From: a virus
IMG/VR virus record: IMGVR_UViG_3300033463_000109
Location: 2,925 to 66,924 of that record
Length of the DNA stretch: 64,000 bases
Direction: 5' to 3' (one strand)
Made by a program: the position numbers and the translations under genes. Shown piece after piece: positions 49,127-58,629 of the stretch (positions within the stretch are counted from its first letter, which is position 1; the number at the start of each line of letters is the position of its first letter). The notes under the pieces are model-generated. The model had not been told where the DNA came from and did not search any database. It was given only the letters and a program-made list of their open reading frames with translations.

Positions 49127-50088
49127 ATTTTATTTAAGTATGATGGCTTATCTCTGTCGTATAGCTCAGTAAAATTGCTGCCATATACTTTTTTACAATA
49201 AGTTAAATATTTTTTTATACCATTCTTATAAATAATTTGATACTTTAAGTGCTTTGGAAAACAATCAATTTTTGCTTGAACTTGTTCTGTCCAGTAGTTT
49301 TTTATCTCTACATAAGTATCATCTATTATAAAATCTGGATAATAATTATGGTACTCACCATTATAGCTATAATTAAAACATTGTCTATTTCTTTTAACAC
49401 TAATATTATGGTCTAAACAATAAATTACATAAGCAAGCTCGTAGCTAGAATCGCACTCAATGCCTTTATATGTTCCATATTTAGCATTTCTTGTTGGATT
49501 TAGATTTCCACCATGTAGTTTGATAGCTGCAATAGTATTATTCTTTAATAACATATGCTTGCAAGCTTCACTACAAGTTTTTTTAGAACGACGCTCATAT
49601 GGTAGCTCTTTGCCGCAAATAACACAGAATTTAGGAGATAATTTATAAATTTCTCTATTTTCTATTGCTTTTTGTTTATTATCCGCTGCAGTTCCACTAG
49701 CTACTACCTTAAGTTTATCTGAAATTTTATGTTTTGTAAACGCAGATAACTTACGAGTATTAGCACAAGCTCTCGAACAAAACCTACCTGATCCAAATTT
49801 TTCGGTCATTACTTTACCACATTTTTCACAAGTATGCTTTTCAGACAACCATTTGTAGTTTGATAGCTTAATAGCATTAGCTGTTTTCATTTTACAAGTA
49901 TTACTAGAGTTTTTTCCTCTATTCTTAGCTTCTAAATCTACTTGTTCAATGGTTTTACCTTTTAATAATGCATGTATTTTACAATGGCTCTTATGTCCAT
50001 TATAACTTTGTGCATTTTCAAACTCTCTTCCACATTCACATTTATACATATTTATGCCTCTCATTATAGTATACAATAAATTTAGCAT
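49108..50088 (-). CDS. zinc-ribbon + PD-(D/E)XK-type endonuclease-like protein (possible homing endonuclease)
   Basis: 326 aa. Multiple CxxC/CxxH pairs. C-terminal 'CDSSYELAYVIY...YYPDFIIDDTYVEIK' gives a D...D/E.K nuclease motif. Two upstream 'TTGTATAATAT'-type motifs. Confidence 0.45.
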   Translation of the reverse strand: MLNLLYTIMRGINMYKCECGREFENAQSYNGHKSHCKIHALLKGKTIEQVDLEAKNRGKNSSNTCKMKTANAIKLSNYKWLSEKHTCEKCGKVMTEKFGSGRFCSRACANTRKLSAFTKHKISDKLKVVASGTAADNKQKAIENREIYKLSPKFCVICGKELPYERRSKKTCSEACKHMLLKNNTIAAIKLHGGNLNPTRNAKYGTYKGIECDSSYELAYVIYCLDHNISVKRNRQCFNYSYNGEYHNYYPDFIIDDTYVEIKNYWTEQVQAKIDCFPKHLKYQIIYKNGIKKYLTYCKKVYGSNFTELYDRDKPSYLNKMGPGTA

Positions 50089-50185
50089 AAATTTGGTGGA
50101 CTGTTTCTAAATTGAGCTCTGCTTTCCTATAAGGTTGCACTTATTATTTTTGGTTTTCAATGTTCATTCGTATATATTATACAAC
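50066..50185 (-). promoter_or_regulatory. two 'TTGTATAATAT'-family motifs plus a 'AATTTAGCATAAAT' variant
   Basis: 'tatagtatacaatataaatttagcataaat' and 'tatatattatacaac', upstream of the nuclease gene start 50088. Confidence 0.35.
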
Positions 50186-50530
50186 TTATTTTTTGTTTTG
50201 TAAACTGTTTTTGCAAAAAAATATCGACTTTTTTAGGGTCGATATTATCTGCTTCTATTTTTAGGATGAAAAAGTAAATAATATCTACCCGATAGATACC
50301 TCTTGTTCTGCTTTCGCATTATCTTGATTCTTCATAATAAATATTTTTAGCATTTTCTTCCTTCGCAATAGCATTTTCGCTATGCACTATAATTTAGCGT
50401 TAATATCTAAACCATTTTTTTATTTTTTTGCTTACACTATATTATACGCTATTTTTTTCAAATTTTCAATTTTTTTGAAAAATATTTTTTATCTATTATA
50501 ATTTACTGTTATGCTACCTTGACCATTTTC

Positions 50531-51208
50531 TCAGTTAGCAGCTTTTTGCATAGCATTCCAATTAGCTTGTGAGCTTGCATAGTCAATAGTTTGCGTTGTG
50601 TTTCTCGCTGGCATAAATGCGCCTGTGCCAATGCTTTCAAGTGTGCTTGGTAGATGGAAAGTAGTCTTGCCAGTAATACTTGCAAAAGCTCCATCACAGA
50701 TATATGTATAACCTTCTGGCACATAGACATTATTGCTACCTAAGCCAAACCAAACAGATCCTAAATCTATACTTAGTGGTTGGTCTATACCTATAATTGG
50801 ATATTCAACACCATTCACTGATAAAGCTGTTGGTAAATATACTGTGCTTCCAAAGAAAGCTAAAGCACCTGAATTAGAGGTTGTAAACTCTGTTAATACT
50901 AAGTCTCCATTTTCATTTGGCTCAATAGTAATGCTTACATCGCCTCTATCATAAGTATCATTTCCATTTACTGTTACTATTTCACCTTCAACTACTTCGT
51001 CATTTACAATAACTTGGCCTGATTCATCTACAACAATTAAAGTTCCAGGTGTAACTACAGGGTCAGTGTTTTCGAATACTCAGCTTAATACTACAGTGCT
51101 TATAGTTCTATTTAGCTCAACTTGAGGCATAAAAGTCCAAGCGGCATAAGATGTCCCTATTATTAAAATAAATATAAGTACAATAATAAATGCTATACTA
51201 CGCTTCAT
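50531..51208 (-). CDS. secreted protein with SipW-cognate-type signal peptide ('SYAAWTF') and BspA-like repeat. One in-frame TGA.
   Basis: ATG 51206-08 gives 'MKRSIAFIIVLIFILIIGTSYAAWTFMPQ'. In-frame TGA near 51080-82. The C-terminal 95 aa match the track ORF 50531..50818. Confidence 0.45.
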
Positions 51209-51953
51209 ATTGAATCTGTCTTAAATAATCTAATCTTTTTTTATTTACCTTATTGAATTGATAGCTAGCGAACTCAGAATTAATTATTACAGAAGCAATA
51301 GCAATAAAAGACCATATACCTAAATATGACTTTAAGTATAAAACAAAACTACCTATACCTTCTATTTTTCTTCCAGTATAGTGATAAATAATATTATCTC
51401 TCTTAACAAGCTTTCCTGAATACTTATAATCAGAGATAGCATTAGCATCCCCTTTGAATTCATAGCCTGTAGAATATATATTAATTAATCTATGGGTGAT
51501 TATTGTATTGTTATTCTTATAGCCGTAGACTTCGCCTTCTATCAGCTCTGTTTCTTGCTCTACACGCTCAAAGATGCAGATGTCGCCTATGTTAAATTGT
51601 AGGCTATCATCATATATCTCTTCATCATAATTTTTTGACATTGAGCCCGTTTTAATAACAAGTATTGTCTTGCCATCTATTTCTAAATCTTTATTCTGCA
51701 CTTTGAATACTATTCCTGCTGTGAATAAAGCTATAACAAATGCTAACAAAATATATGAGAATATAGAAAGAAGTATTTGTAATTTTTTCTTCTTTGCTGT
51801 ATATTCTGCATATATCTCTTTGTCATGCTTACCTTGATCAACCTCAGCTTTATATGCCTTCAAGCAATAATAGTAAGCTGCTCAAGATAATACAAAAATT
51901 ATAATTGTTAGAACAATAACTACGACTATCGTAATAATCGTAATTGGATTCAT
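51198..51953 (-). CDS. signal peptidase I, SipW-like (S26 family)
   Basis: 'VIKTGSMSKNY' carries the catalytic Ser. 'GDICIF' and 'IITHRLI' carry the His. True start is ATG 51951-53 with an N-terminal TM helix, reached through in-frame TGA 51882-84. Confidence 0.55.
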
Positions 51954-51973
51954 TTCTATTCTAGTCTAACCTC

Positions 51974-52633
51974 TTATGCTACTGATACTACATTAAATGT
52001 GAAGCTAAATGTTAAGCTTAAAGCATTTACTTCTGCTTGTAATAAATTAACTTCTGCTACACTTGTTGGGATATTAGCTACTACATAGCTTGGTGCCGGC
52101 AATGTAAATGTTGTTTGAACATCTGCATTCTTTGAAGCTGAAACAACTTCTTGGTTTAAAGCTGTTGTAGCTGCAATATTTACATAAGTTCCATTTACTG
52201 CTGCTGTTGCTGTAGATGCAAATAAACCTGTATAAGTAGTAATATCAGCAATATCATTATCATCTTCATTAACTGAACCAATTAATGTCAATGTAGTGAT
52301 AGGATTTGCTCCTTGTGCATCTGTTGCCCAATAAATACCGTCCCCTGCTACTAGACCTGTTTGTCCTGAAGGTGCATCACAAATTAAGTATAATGTTGTA
52401 ACTGCATTTCCATTGCCATCTTCTACTGCTAAGCCATTAGCTTCAATAGCAGCTGTAGCTTTTCCATCAATGACAGCACTGTCTGTTGCTTGGTTTGCGA
52501 ATGTCCATGCTGCAAAGCCAACACCTAAGATGGCAATTACAGCAATTACTGTAATAACTGTCAATTTGTTTCTTAAACTCATTCTAAAATACCTCGTTTT
52601 CTTATATTTTGCAGCAATATGCCACAAACTCAA
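51974..52633 (-). CDS. TasA/camelysin-like secreted protein with SipW-cognate signal ('GFAAWTF')
   Basis: 219 aa. N-terminus 'MSLRNKLTVITVIAVIAILGVGFAAWTFANQATD'. Body is Ala/Thr/Gly-rich and beta-rich. Confidence 0.45.
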   Translation of the reverse strand: MSLWHIAAKYKKTRYFRMSLRNKLTVITVIAVIAILGVGFAAWTFANQATDSAVIDGKATAAIEANGLAVEDGNGNAVTTLYLICDAPSGQTGLVAGDGIYWATDAQGANPITTLTLIGSVNEDDNDIADITTYTGLFASTATAAVNGTYVNIAATTALNQEVVSASKNADVQTTFTLPAPSYVVANIPTSVAEVNLLQAEVNALSLTFSFTFNVVSVA

Positions 52634-52768
52634 CTTAATTTAGCCAATTTTTGCCACAAAAGTATAAAAAAATAAGCAATATATTACTATTGCTTATTAG
52701 CATAATTTAGTTTCTCCATTTCTGGATACTTAGCAGGTTTACCACGTCAAGGTATATGCTCTAAACCT

Positions 52769-52863
52769 GAGGGGCTGCAGGATTCGAACCCGCGCCACTG
52801 AGTGTGGACCTCAGTCTTTCTACGGTTTTGAGGACCGCTGTACTACCGTTATACGAAGCCCCT
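52769..52863 (-). tRNA. suppressor tRNA, anticodon UCA (reads UGA), class II (long variable arm), CCA not encoded
   Basis: Reverse complement 'AGGGGCT TC GTA TAACGGTAG TAC A GCGGT CCTCAAA ACCGT AGAAAGACTGAGGTCCACACTCAGTGGC GCGGG TTCGAAT CCTGC AGCCCCT C'. Perfect 7-bp acceptor. Anticodon 34-36 = TCA, with C33 instead of the usual U33. Confidence 0.6.
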
Positions 52864-52951
52864 ATTTTATTATACATTATACATTAAGTTTTTTTAGTTC
52901 TCTTGGTTAATTTGCTTACTTAGCTTTCGGTGCTTGCCTATGGGCTTATAA

Positions 52952-53161
52952 TTAGCCCAAAAGCACCTTTTGGCCATCAGTTAGCTTATCTATTTGCTTA
53001 TAATCATCTGGGCTTATAAAGAAGTTATGTCCATTGACTAAACAAACCTTGTAATTATTTAAAGCTTCGTCTTTTGCTTCCATAATTTGTATATAAGCTA
53101 TATGATCTAAAAATAGGTCTAACTTTTCACCTGTTGTAGTAATTAGTTTATATTTTTGCAT
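52952..53161 (-). CDS. hypothetical small protein
   Basis: 69-aa ORF. Confidence 0.25.
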   Translation of the reverse strand: MQKYKLITTTGEKLDLFLDHIAYIQIMEAKDEALNNYKVCLVNGHNFFISPDDYKQIDKLTDGQKVLLG

Positions 53162-53615
53162 ATGCTGGTTCCTTTTCGACTGAAATATGATTTAGCACAA
53201 TTTGGTCTTGCAATAAATGTAGCAAAGCAGACAAGTTGTCTTTTGCAGATTCAACTTCTCTGACTGTTTTATTAACATTACGTACTAATTTTAGCAATTT
53301 ATTATAACCATCTTTAACTAAATCATCTGAAATTTTAATATCTTTTTCTGTAATAAACTTATATAAAGCTGTAATATTATTGAAGATCATTGTAAGCATT
53401 ATTTTATCATCTAACATTCTTGTGCTGGCTGAATAACCAAAGCTATCTGCTAATTCATTAGCTATTTTTGTAGCTTGCTTAAGGTCTAAAGTTGTATGTC
53501 TAATATCAAACTTTAATTCAGCTAATACTGGGTTAAATAAAGCTGCCACTTCGCTGCTATCTGAGAAGTTTAGTCCCTCTAATGTTAAACTGTAATCTAA
53601 TGCTGTCAATGTCAT
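53148..53615 (-). CDS. hypothetical protein
   Basis: 155-aa ORF. Promoter motif upstream at ~53646. Confidence 0.35.
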   Translation of the reverse strand: MTLTALDYSLTLEGLNFSDSSEVAALFNPVLAELKFDIRHTTLDLKQATKIANELADSFGYSASTRMLDDKIMLTMIFNNITALYKFITEKDIKISDDLVKDGYNKLLKLVRNVNKTVREVESAKDNLSALLHLLQDQIVLNHISVEKEPAYAKI

Positions 53616-53658
53616 CTTAATATCTCCTAATTATTTAATGTATTCATATTATTATACA

Positions 53659-54387
53659 TTATTGTTTATTATTTTTTAATTGTCTTTTTTGCTTTCTTTC
53701 TGTTGCTGTATCAACTGTGACTCTATGAATGTTTTGTATCTTTGACAAGCCACCCTTTTTTATAAAGTTTATTAAAGAAATTGGTGTATAGTCTATATGC
53801 TCTGCACAGACATTCAAATGATGTACTGTATCTTTAGTTTCTATATTTGCATGGTCATGTCCATGAATATTAAACATATAATCTGGCACAGCTATTGGCT
53901 CATGTGATAAGATAATTCTATCATTTATCATCAGTGGGCCTTCATAGACCTCATCAAATAAGCCATTATCTATCTTTTTAACCTTCATATACTTGGTATA
54001 TACTTCCATAAGCTTTTCTTCAAGCTTTGCTGGCTCTAAGTTGTATAAGTCAGCTGGGTCAGTTATATCCATTGTGTTAAAAGTAGCTACTTCAGTTATT
54101 TTTCGCTTGTAATTAGAAGCTCCTTTTTCATGATTTCCCATTATAAGCACTTTATAACCTGCTTTAATATACTTTACAAAGCTTGGATTCCCAATGTCGC
54201 CTAAACATACAAAAGTATCATTCTTGCTTACTTTTGCATTTATTCTTGCAACCTGTTCAGCATCAACTATATACTTATCTCCTCTTAGCTTAACCATTTC
54301 TGGGTCGGCGAAGTGCGGATCGCTGTATAAATATATATTTCCACCTGGTTTTTTCCAAGCTTTTTCAAATATCTCGTATAGAAACAT
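53659..54387 (-). CDS. calcineurin-like metallophosphoesterase
   Basis: 242 aa with 'CLGDIGNP', 'IMGNHE', 'GHDH'. Confidence 0.55.
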   Translation of the reverse strand: MFLYEIFEKAWKKPGGNIYLYSDPHFADPEMVKLRGDKYIVDAEQVARINAKVSKNDTFVCLGDIGNPSFVKYIKAGYKVLIMGNHEKGASNYKRKITEVATFNTMDITDPADLYNLEPAKLEEKLMEVYTKYMKVKKIDNGLFDEVYEGPLMINDRIILSHEPIAVPDYMFNIHGHDHANIETKDTVHHLNVCAEHIDYTPISLINFIKKGGLSKIQNIHRVTVDTATERKQKRQLKNNKQ

Positions 54388-54785
54388 TACATATCCTCTA
54401 ATCTTTCTTCTAAGCTGTCTGCAATTACTTTTGAATCTGCTAGCGCTTTTGCAAGTGCTTTTTGTAGCTTTTCAACTTCTTTAATAGCATTATATACTTC
54501 AGTATTAAAGTTTCTTTGCGCTAATAACTCAGCTTTAATTCTAGCTATCGTTTCACCTTTCTTAGCATCAAAAGTATCCTTAGGGTCTACTTTAGCTACA
54601 CCCTTAGTTTGATAATCCTCAAAATAAGGATCATTCTCATATTTAATAAAATTGATAATAGCTCTATTTGCTTTCCAAGCTTGGGTAGTTAAATCTGTTC
54701 CGGCTTTGATATATGCCTTTTGCTTAACAATTGTTGTTGTGCCATTTATAATTGGCTCTTCTTTCTTATATTTTAAGTAATTCAT
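54387..54785 (-). CDS. hypothetical protein
   Basis: 132-aa ORF. Confidence 0.3.
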   Translation of the reverse strand: MNYLKYKKEEPIINGTTTIVKQKAYIKAGTDLTTQAWKANRAIINFIKYENDPYFEDYQTKGVAKVDPKDTFDAKKGETIARIKAELLAQRNFNTEVYNAIKEVEKLQKALAKALADSKVIADSLEERLEDM

Positions 54786-54813
54786 TTTATACCTCTTGCC
54801 TTATGGCAACACC

Positions 54814-55890
54814 CTAAGGTGTTACCATAATTGTTGCTGATCCATCTGTCACAAGGGTTGTAGGTAATTCACCGTCCCAAGTCTCATAGTAGATGATTTG
54901 TTCTAATAGCTCAGCCATAAGCTTCTTATCTTCGGCAGTATCATATGTAATTGTATATGATGTTACCAAACCGTCTTCATCAAGTGTTGTTGTCATGTCT
55001 AAGTCTAATGCTTGTGCAATTTCAATAGCTTTATATCTTAGCTCAATAGCAACAGCCTTTGCTGCTTCTGCTTTAGCTTTCTTGTCTGCTTCAGCTTCAA
55101 TTAGCTTCTTTTCAGCTTGCTTCTTAGCTACTTCTACTTCAACTTCTGCTGCTCTTTGCTTAGCTTCAGCTTCTGCCTTTGCTTTAGCAATAGCTTGTTC
55201 GTTTTCATAGTCAGCTTGTAATTTCTTTTGTTCTGCAATCATCTTGTCTTCTACAGCTTTCTCAAATTGGTCTGTAAAGTCAATATTAGTTACTACAACT
55301 GTCGTGATAGTTACATAATAATCTGGCGTAATTGTAGCTCTAATTGTATCTGAAATAAGTGGTGACATAGTGCTTCTGTTAGCAATAATATCCATAGCTT
55401 TATATGCTGATAATACAGACTTTGTTTTTTCAATAGATACACTTTGAAGCTTATTTTCAAGTGCTGCTACATCACCATATTGATTTATAATATCAATTAG
55501 ATTTTCTTGATTCAAGTGATATTGAATAGTCATTGTAATATCCATCGTTTGAGCATCATTTGAATAAGTCATCGTCTCAATATCGATAGTTCTTACCTTC
55601 ATATCATACTTTTCAACTTTGTTTGTCATCCAGAAGTTAGCATATGTTCCAGATGCTTTAATTTCTTTAGCAACACCTAAGTCCTTAATAACTGCTGCTT
55701 CACCTGCTTGCACAGTGTAGAAGTTCCAAGGCACTAAAATAAATGCTACTAAACAAGCTAATGTAATAATTGTAATAATACCATCAGCTTTTGTCCAATC
55801 TTCATCGTTAACTCTACGCACAATACCTGCAATAAGTCCACCGATAAATAATAGGCCGAATAATACTGCTAATAAAACTCTAAAAACCAT
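54814..55890 (-). CDS. SPFH/band-7 (prohibitin/HflC-like) membrane protein
   Basis: 358 aa. N-terminal TM, SPFH core, Ala/Lys/Glu-rich coiled coil 'AKAKAEAEAKQRAAEVEVEVAKKQAEKK'. Confidence 0.55.
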   Translation of the reverse strand: MVFRVLLAVLFGLLFIGGLIAGIVRRVNDEDWTKADGIITIITLACLVAFILVPWNFYTVQAGEAAVIKDLGVAKEIKASGTYANFWMTNKVEKYDMKVRTIDIETMTYSNDAQTMDITMTIQYHLNQENLIDIINQYGDVAALENKLQSVSIEKTKSVLSAYKAMDIIANRSTMSPLISDTIRATITPDYYVTITTVVVTNIDFTDQFEKAVEDKMIAEQKKLQADYENEQAIAKAKAEAEAKQRAAEVEVEVAKKQAEKKLIEAEADKKAKAEAAKAVAIELRYKAIEIAQALDLDMTTTLDEDGLVTSYTITYDTAEDKKLMAELLEQIIYYETWDGELPTTLVTDGSATIMVTP

Positions 55891-56076
55891 TATTGATTAT
55901 CTCCTTCGTTTGTCTTATAATATTCCTTTAATGTTTTAACTAAAAGTTCGTCTTCTACAAAAAATGGATCTGGGTAAGGGTTTGAAATAAGTTGCCCTAA
56001 TCTAAAGTCAGGATATTTTTCCCATACTTTTCTAATCTCGTCTAAAATAACTGGTATTCTATTTGGATCTCTCATC

Positions 56077-56538
56077 TTATACCTCTCTTCTTATATATTC
56101 TCTTACTTCCATTAAAGCTTTGCCTAATAGATTAGTTCCATTTACTTGACTTACATCTGTTGAGCCAATGCCCCAGATTTTATCATATGGGCTTGCTTCA
56201 TAAAGCTCAGCATCGCCTGTGCCTAGTAACACACTTGCAATGCTTGGATTTTGCATAAACTTATCCTTTAAGATGTCAACCATAATTCTGTATCTTAAAG
56301 CTGCCCATTGCTCATCAATATAGCCTTTAACCTCGCGGCCTAAAGCTTTAATTTCATTTTGTCTTTGTGTTTGCATAATCTTAGCCATTGTTTCTGTATC
56401 GCCAAATAGCTTAGCTTTATGCCACATTAGTGCTTGCTCAGATGATATAAAATAATGACCTTCGTGCATAAATTCACTTATATACCAATTTGAAAAAGCA
56501 CCATATGTATCTGTTATTTTCCAAAAACCTATTTTCAT
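56077..56538 (-). CDS. NADAR (YbiA-like) domain protein
   Basis: 153 aa. 'FSNWYISEFMHEGHYFISSEQALMWHKAKLFGD' matches the NADAR/DUF1768 core. Confidence 0.5.
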   Translation of the reverse strand: MKIGFWKITDTYGAFSNWYISEFMHEGHYFISSEQALMWHKAKLFGDTETMAKIMQTQRQNEIKALGREVKGYIDEQWAALRYRIMVDILKDKFMQNPSIASVLLGTGDAELYEASPYDKIWGIGSTDVSQVNGTNLLGKALMEVREYIRREV

Positions 56539-56648
56539 TTACATTCTCCCGATACCAAATACGGCTAAGAAAATAGTAACCGTAATAGAAGCGGCCATTA
56601 ATAAGGCAAATATAATATCACTCTTATCTAAATCTGGTCGCTTCATAA

Positions 56649-57659
56649 TTATCTATAAATATGCTTATAGCACTTAGAATAGTTGCCTGTAACAACCTTG
56701 CTATTTGTTTTAACTACAAACTTATTGATCTTATCATAATCTACCTTATCTGGCACTACATCTAATTCCTTAGCTTTTTGTAGTCTGTCCTCTAAGTAGT
56801 TTAGATAGTCTCTAAATTCTTGTGTTAATTGATTATCCTTTACAAACTTACCTGCTCTGATTTCAAGTAAGAAATCTCTGTCAGCAGCTCTGTATGTATT
56901 AATTTCGCCCTTTTCTAAGATGTCAAAGCACATATGATATAGTCTTACTAAGTGCATAATATGCTTATTTAACTTAGCTTCTGTTGGCTTGTTATTTCTT
57001 TGTCCTGCTTTTGTAAAGTCTCTTTGAATATCTGTTAAAGTATTTAGAGCATCTTTAATTTCGTCTGTTGTTCTATCAACACAGTTAATGCTCCATAATA
57101 GCTTATCAGTATCAACTCTAACCTTGATTTCATCTTCCTTAAACATTGGTGTTCTGTCAGCTAATTTCACCTTAGTAACGTCAATTACTTCAGCTGTTCT
57201 CTTAGCTCTCATTTCTTCAGTTACTTCGCCATGCGTAAAGGCATTTTCAACTCTTCTTAATTGTGAATTAGCATAACCTGCAAAACTATATAAACACTTC
57301 TTGCTTACAAAGTCTTTTGCCATTCCAATTAGCTCTTCACCAATGTCATTGAAAATAATATATTGATTAGCTCCAAGCATTTCAACAACATTAGGGTTTG
57401 TATTGCATACTAACTTAATAAACTTATTAAACTCATATAAAGTTGTATCTGTTTCTGCATCCATTCTTTGCTCAAAATGCTTTAGACCAATTAGCTCATC
57501 TACTGTCGGAAGCATAACACCTCTAACATCAATATCAGAGCCTTCAATATTTGTACCGTAACTCCAGCTGCCACCTAGCGTAATAAAGCATAGTCTATCA
57601 CGATAATCATTTACCCAAGCATATTCAGGTCTCTTTAATACTTCCTCTAAATCTAACAT
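56649..57659 (-). CDS. Pol-beta-superfamily nucleotidyltransferase (possible tRNA 3'-end/CCA-type NTase)
   Basis: 336 aa. 'GGSWSYGTNIEGSDIDVRG' matches the GS...G....SDxD NTase motif. Confidence 0.45.
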   Translation of the reverse strand: MLDLEEVLKRPEYAWVNDYRDRLCFITLGGSWSYGTNIEGSDIDVRGVMLPTVDELIGLKHFEQRMDAETDTTLYEFNKFIKLVCNTNPNVVEMLGANQYIIFNDIGEELIGMAKDFVSKKCLYSFAGYANSQLRRVENAFTHGEVTEEMRAKRTAEVIDVTKVKLADRTPMFKEDEIKVRVDTDKLLWSINCVDRTTDEIKDALNTLTDIQRDFTKAGQRNNKPTEAKLNKHIMHLVRLYHMCFDILEKGEINTYRAADRDFLLEIRAGKFVKDNQLTQEFRDYLNYLEDRLQKAKELDVVPDKVDYDKINKFVVKTNSKVVTGNYSKCYKHIYR

Positions 57660-57683
57660 TTCTCTTTCCTCTTATTATCTTAC

Positions 57684-57707
57684 TATATTATTATACAATA
57701 TTATTTA
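57684..57707 (-). promoter_or_regulatory. 'TTGTATAATAT'-family motif
   Basis: 'ctatattattatacaatattat', upstream of gene start 57659. A similar motif at 53646-53660 precedes 53615. Confidence 0.35.
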
Positions 57708-58055
57708 TAGCTTTCTTATCATTCTTCCATAAATATTTTTCTTAGAAATCCAACCATTTACATGTTTATGATTATTTGATATTTGATATGTATTACCTTT
57801 AATTGCTGAAATAAGATGACAATAATAATGTCCCTTAACTTTACATAGCACTATATCATTTTTATGCAATTCTGTTTCTTCTGTTACGGGTTCCATTACT
57901 ACCGCCTCTCCAGACATTAATTTAGGAACCATAGAATTGCCATAACCTACAACAATACAGGTTTCACCTGCTTGCAAATGTTCTGCTGTATCTTTATTTT
58001 CTTTTCCTGTATACATCTTATTTATCTGTTTCTTTAATATTTCCTCGATATTCAT
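57705..58055 (-). CDS. S24/S26-type peptidase-like protein
   Basis: 116 aa with 'VGYGNSMVPKL', the Ser-nucleophile motif of the LexA/signal-peptidase fold. Confidence 0.4.
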   Translation of the reverse strand: MNIEEILKKQINKMYTGKENKDTAEHLQAGETCIVVGYGNSMVPKLMSGEAVVMEPVTEETELHKNDIVLCKVKGHYYCHLISAIKGNTYQISNNHKHVNGWISKKNIYGRMIRKL

Positions 58056-58620
58056 CTACAACAGTGCCATCTTCATTAAGCATTCCATACTTTTTAAGTA
58101 GTGCATTGGCTTCGTCTGCTGTATATGGTTCTTTCTTAAACTTTTTATTATATTGCTTTTTTGCTATACTAAAGTTATCACTGCCTGTCATAGCTTCTCT
58201 TACAGGTAAACCTGAAGCATATTCATCGAAAGGTTGCTTGTTTGGATCATTTGTAGTATCCATAGTTAGCTTAACTGTTGTGCCATCTGAAAGCTTTGTT
58301 GCCCCTGTGCCTGTTGTTGTTAAGCTTATATTTATATCTTGTGGCTTTGTAAGTGTATCTCTACAAGTTACTTTAAATGGATTCTTGCCGCACCAATAAC
58401 AACTATCATCTACTACCATTTCGCCTTTCTTAATTCTTTCATTAATTGGACAACCTTCACAAGGATTTGCAACTGGATTTGGCCAAATAGCTGGGTTTGT
58501 TGTAACGATAGGATAAGTTGGCTTTATATCCTTCTCTACTTTTTTATATTCTTTTAGAAAATCTAAAAGCTCTTCTAATGTTCCTTCAACTTTTGTTCCA
58601 TCATTCAAAATTAACTTCAT
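58018..58620 (-). CDS. hypothetical protein
   Basis: 200-aa ORF. Confidence 0.3.
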   Translation of the reverse strand: MKLILNDGTKVEGTLEELLDFLKEYKKVEKDIKPTYPIVTTNPAIWPNPVANPCEGCPINERIKKGEMVVDDSCYWCGKNPFKVTCRDTLTKPQDINISLTTTGTGATKLSDGTTVKLTMDTTNDPNKQPFDEYASGLPVREAMTGSDNFSIAKKQYNKKFKKEPYTADEANALLKKYGMLNEDGTVVDEYRGNIKETDK

Positions 58621-58629
58621 AATGTCTCC

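Noticed and set aside
52769-52863. The UCA tRNA as a selenocysteine tRNA
   Set aside because: It has the length and long extra arm of tRNA-Sec. However the acceptor stem is 7 bp, not 8. No SelA/SelB/SelD or SECIS-like hairpins are evident. TGA occurs dozens of times at Trp-equivalent positions, so it is a general suppressor rather than a Sec-specific one.
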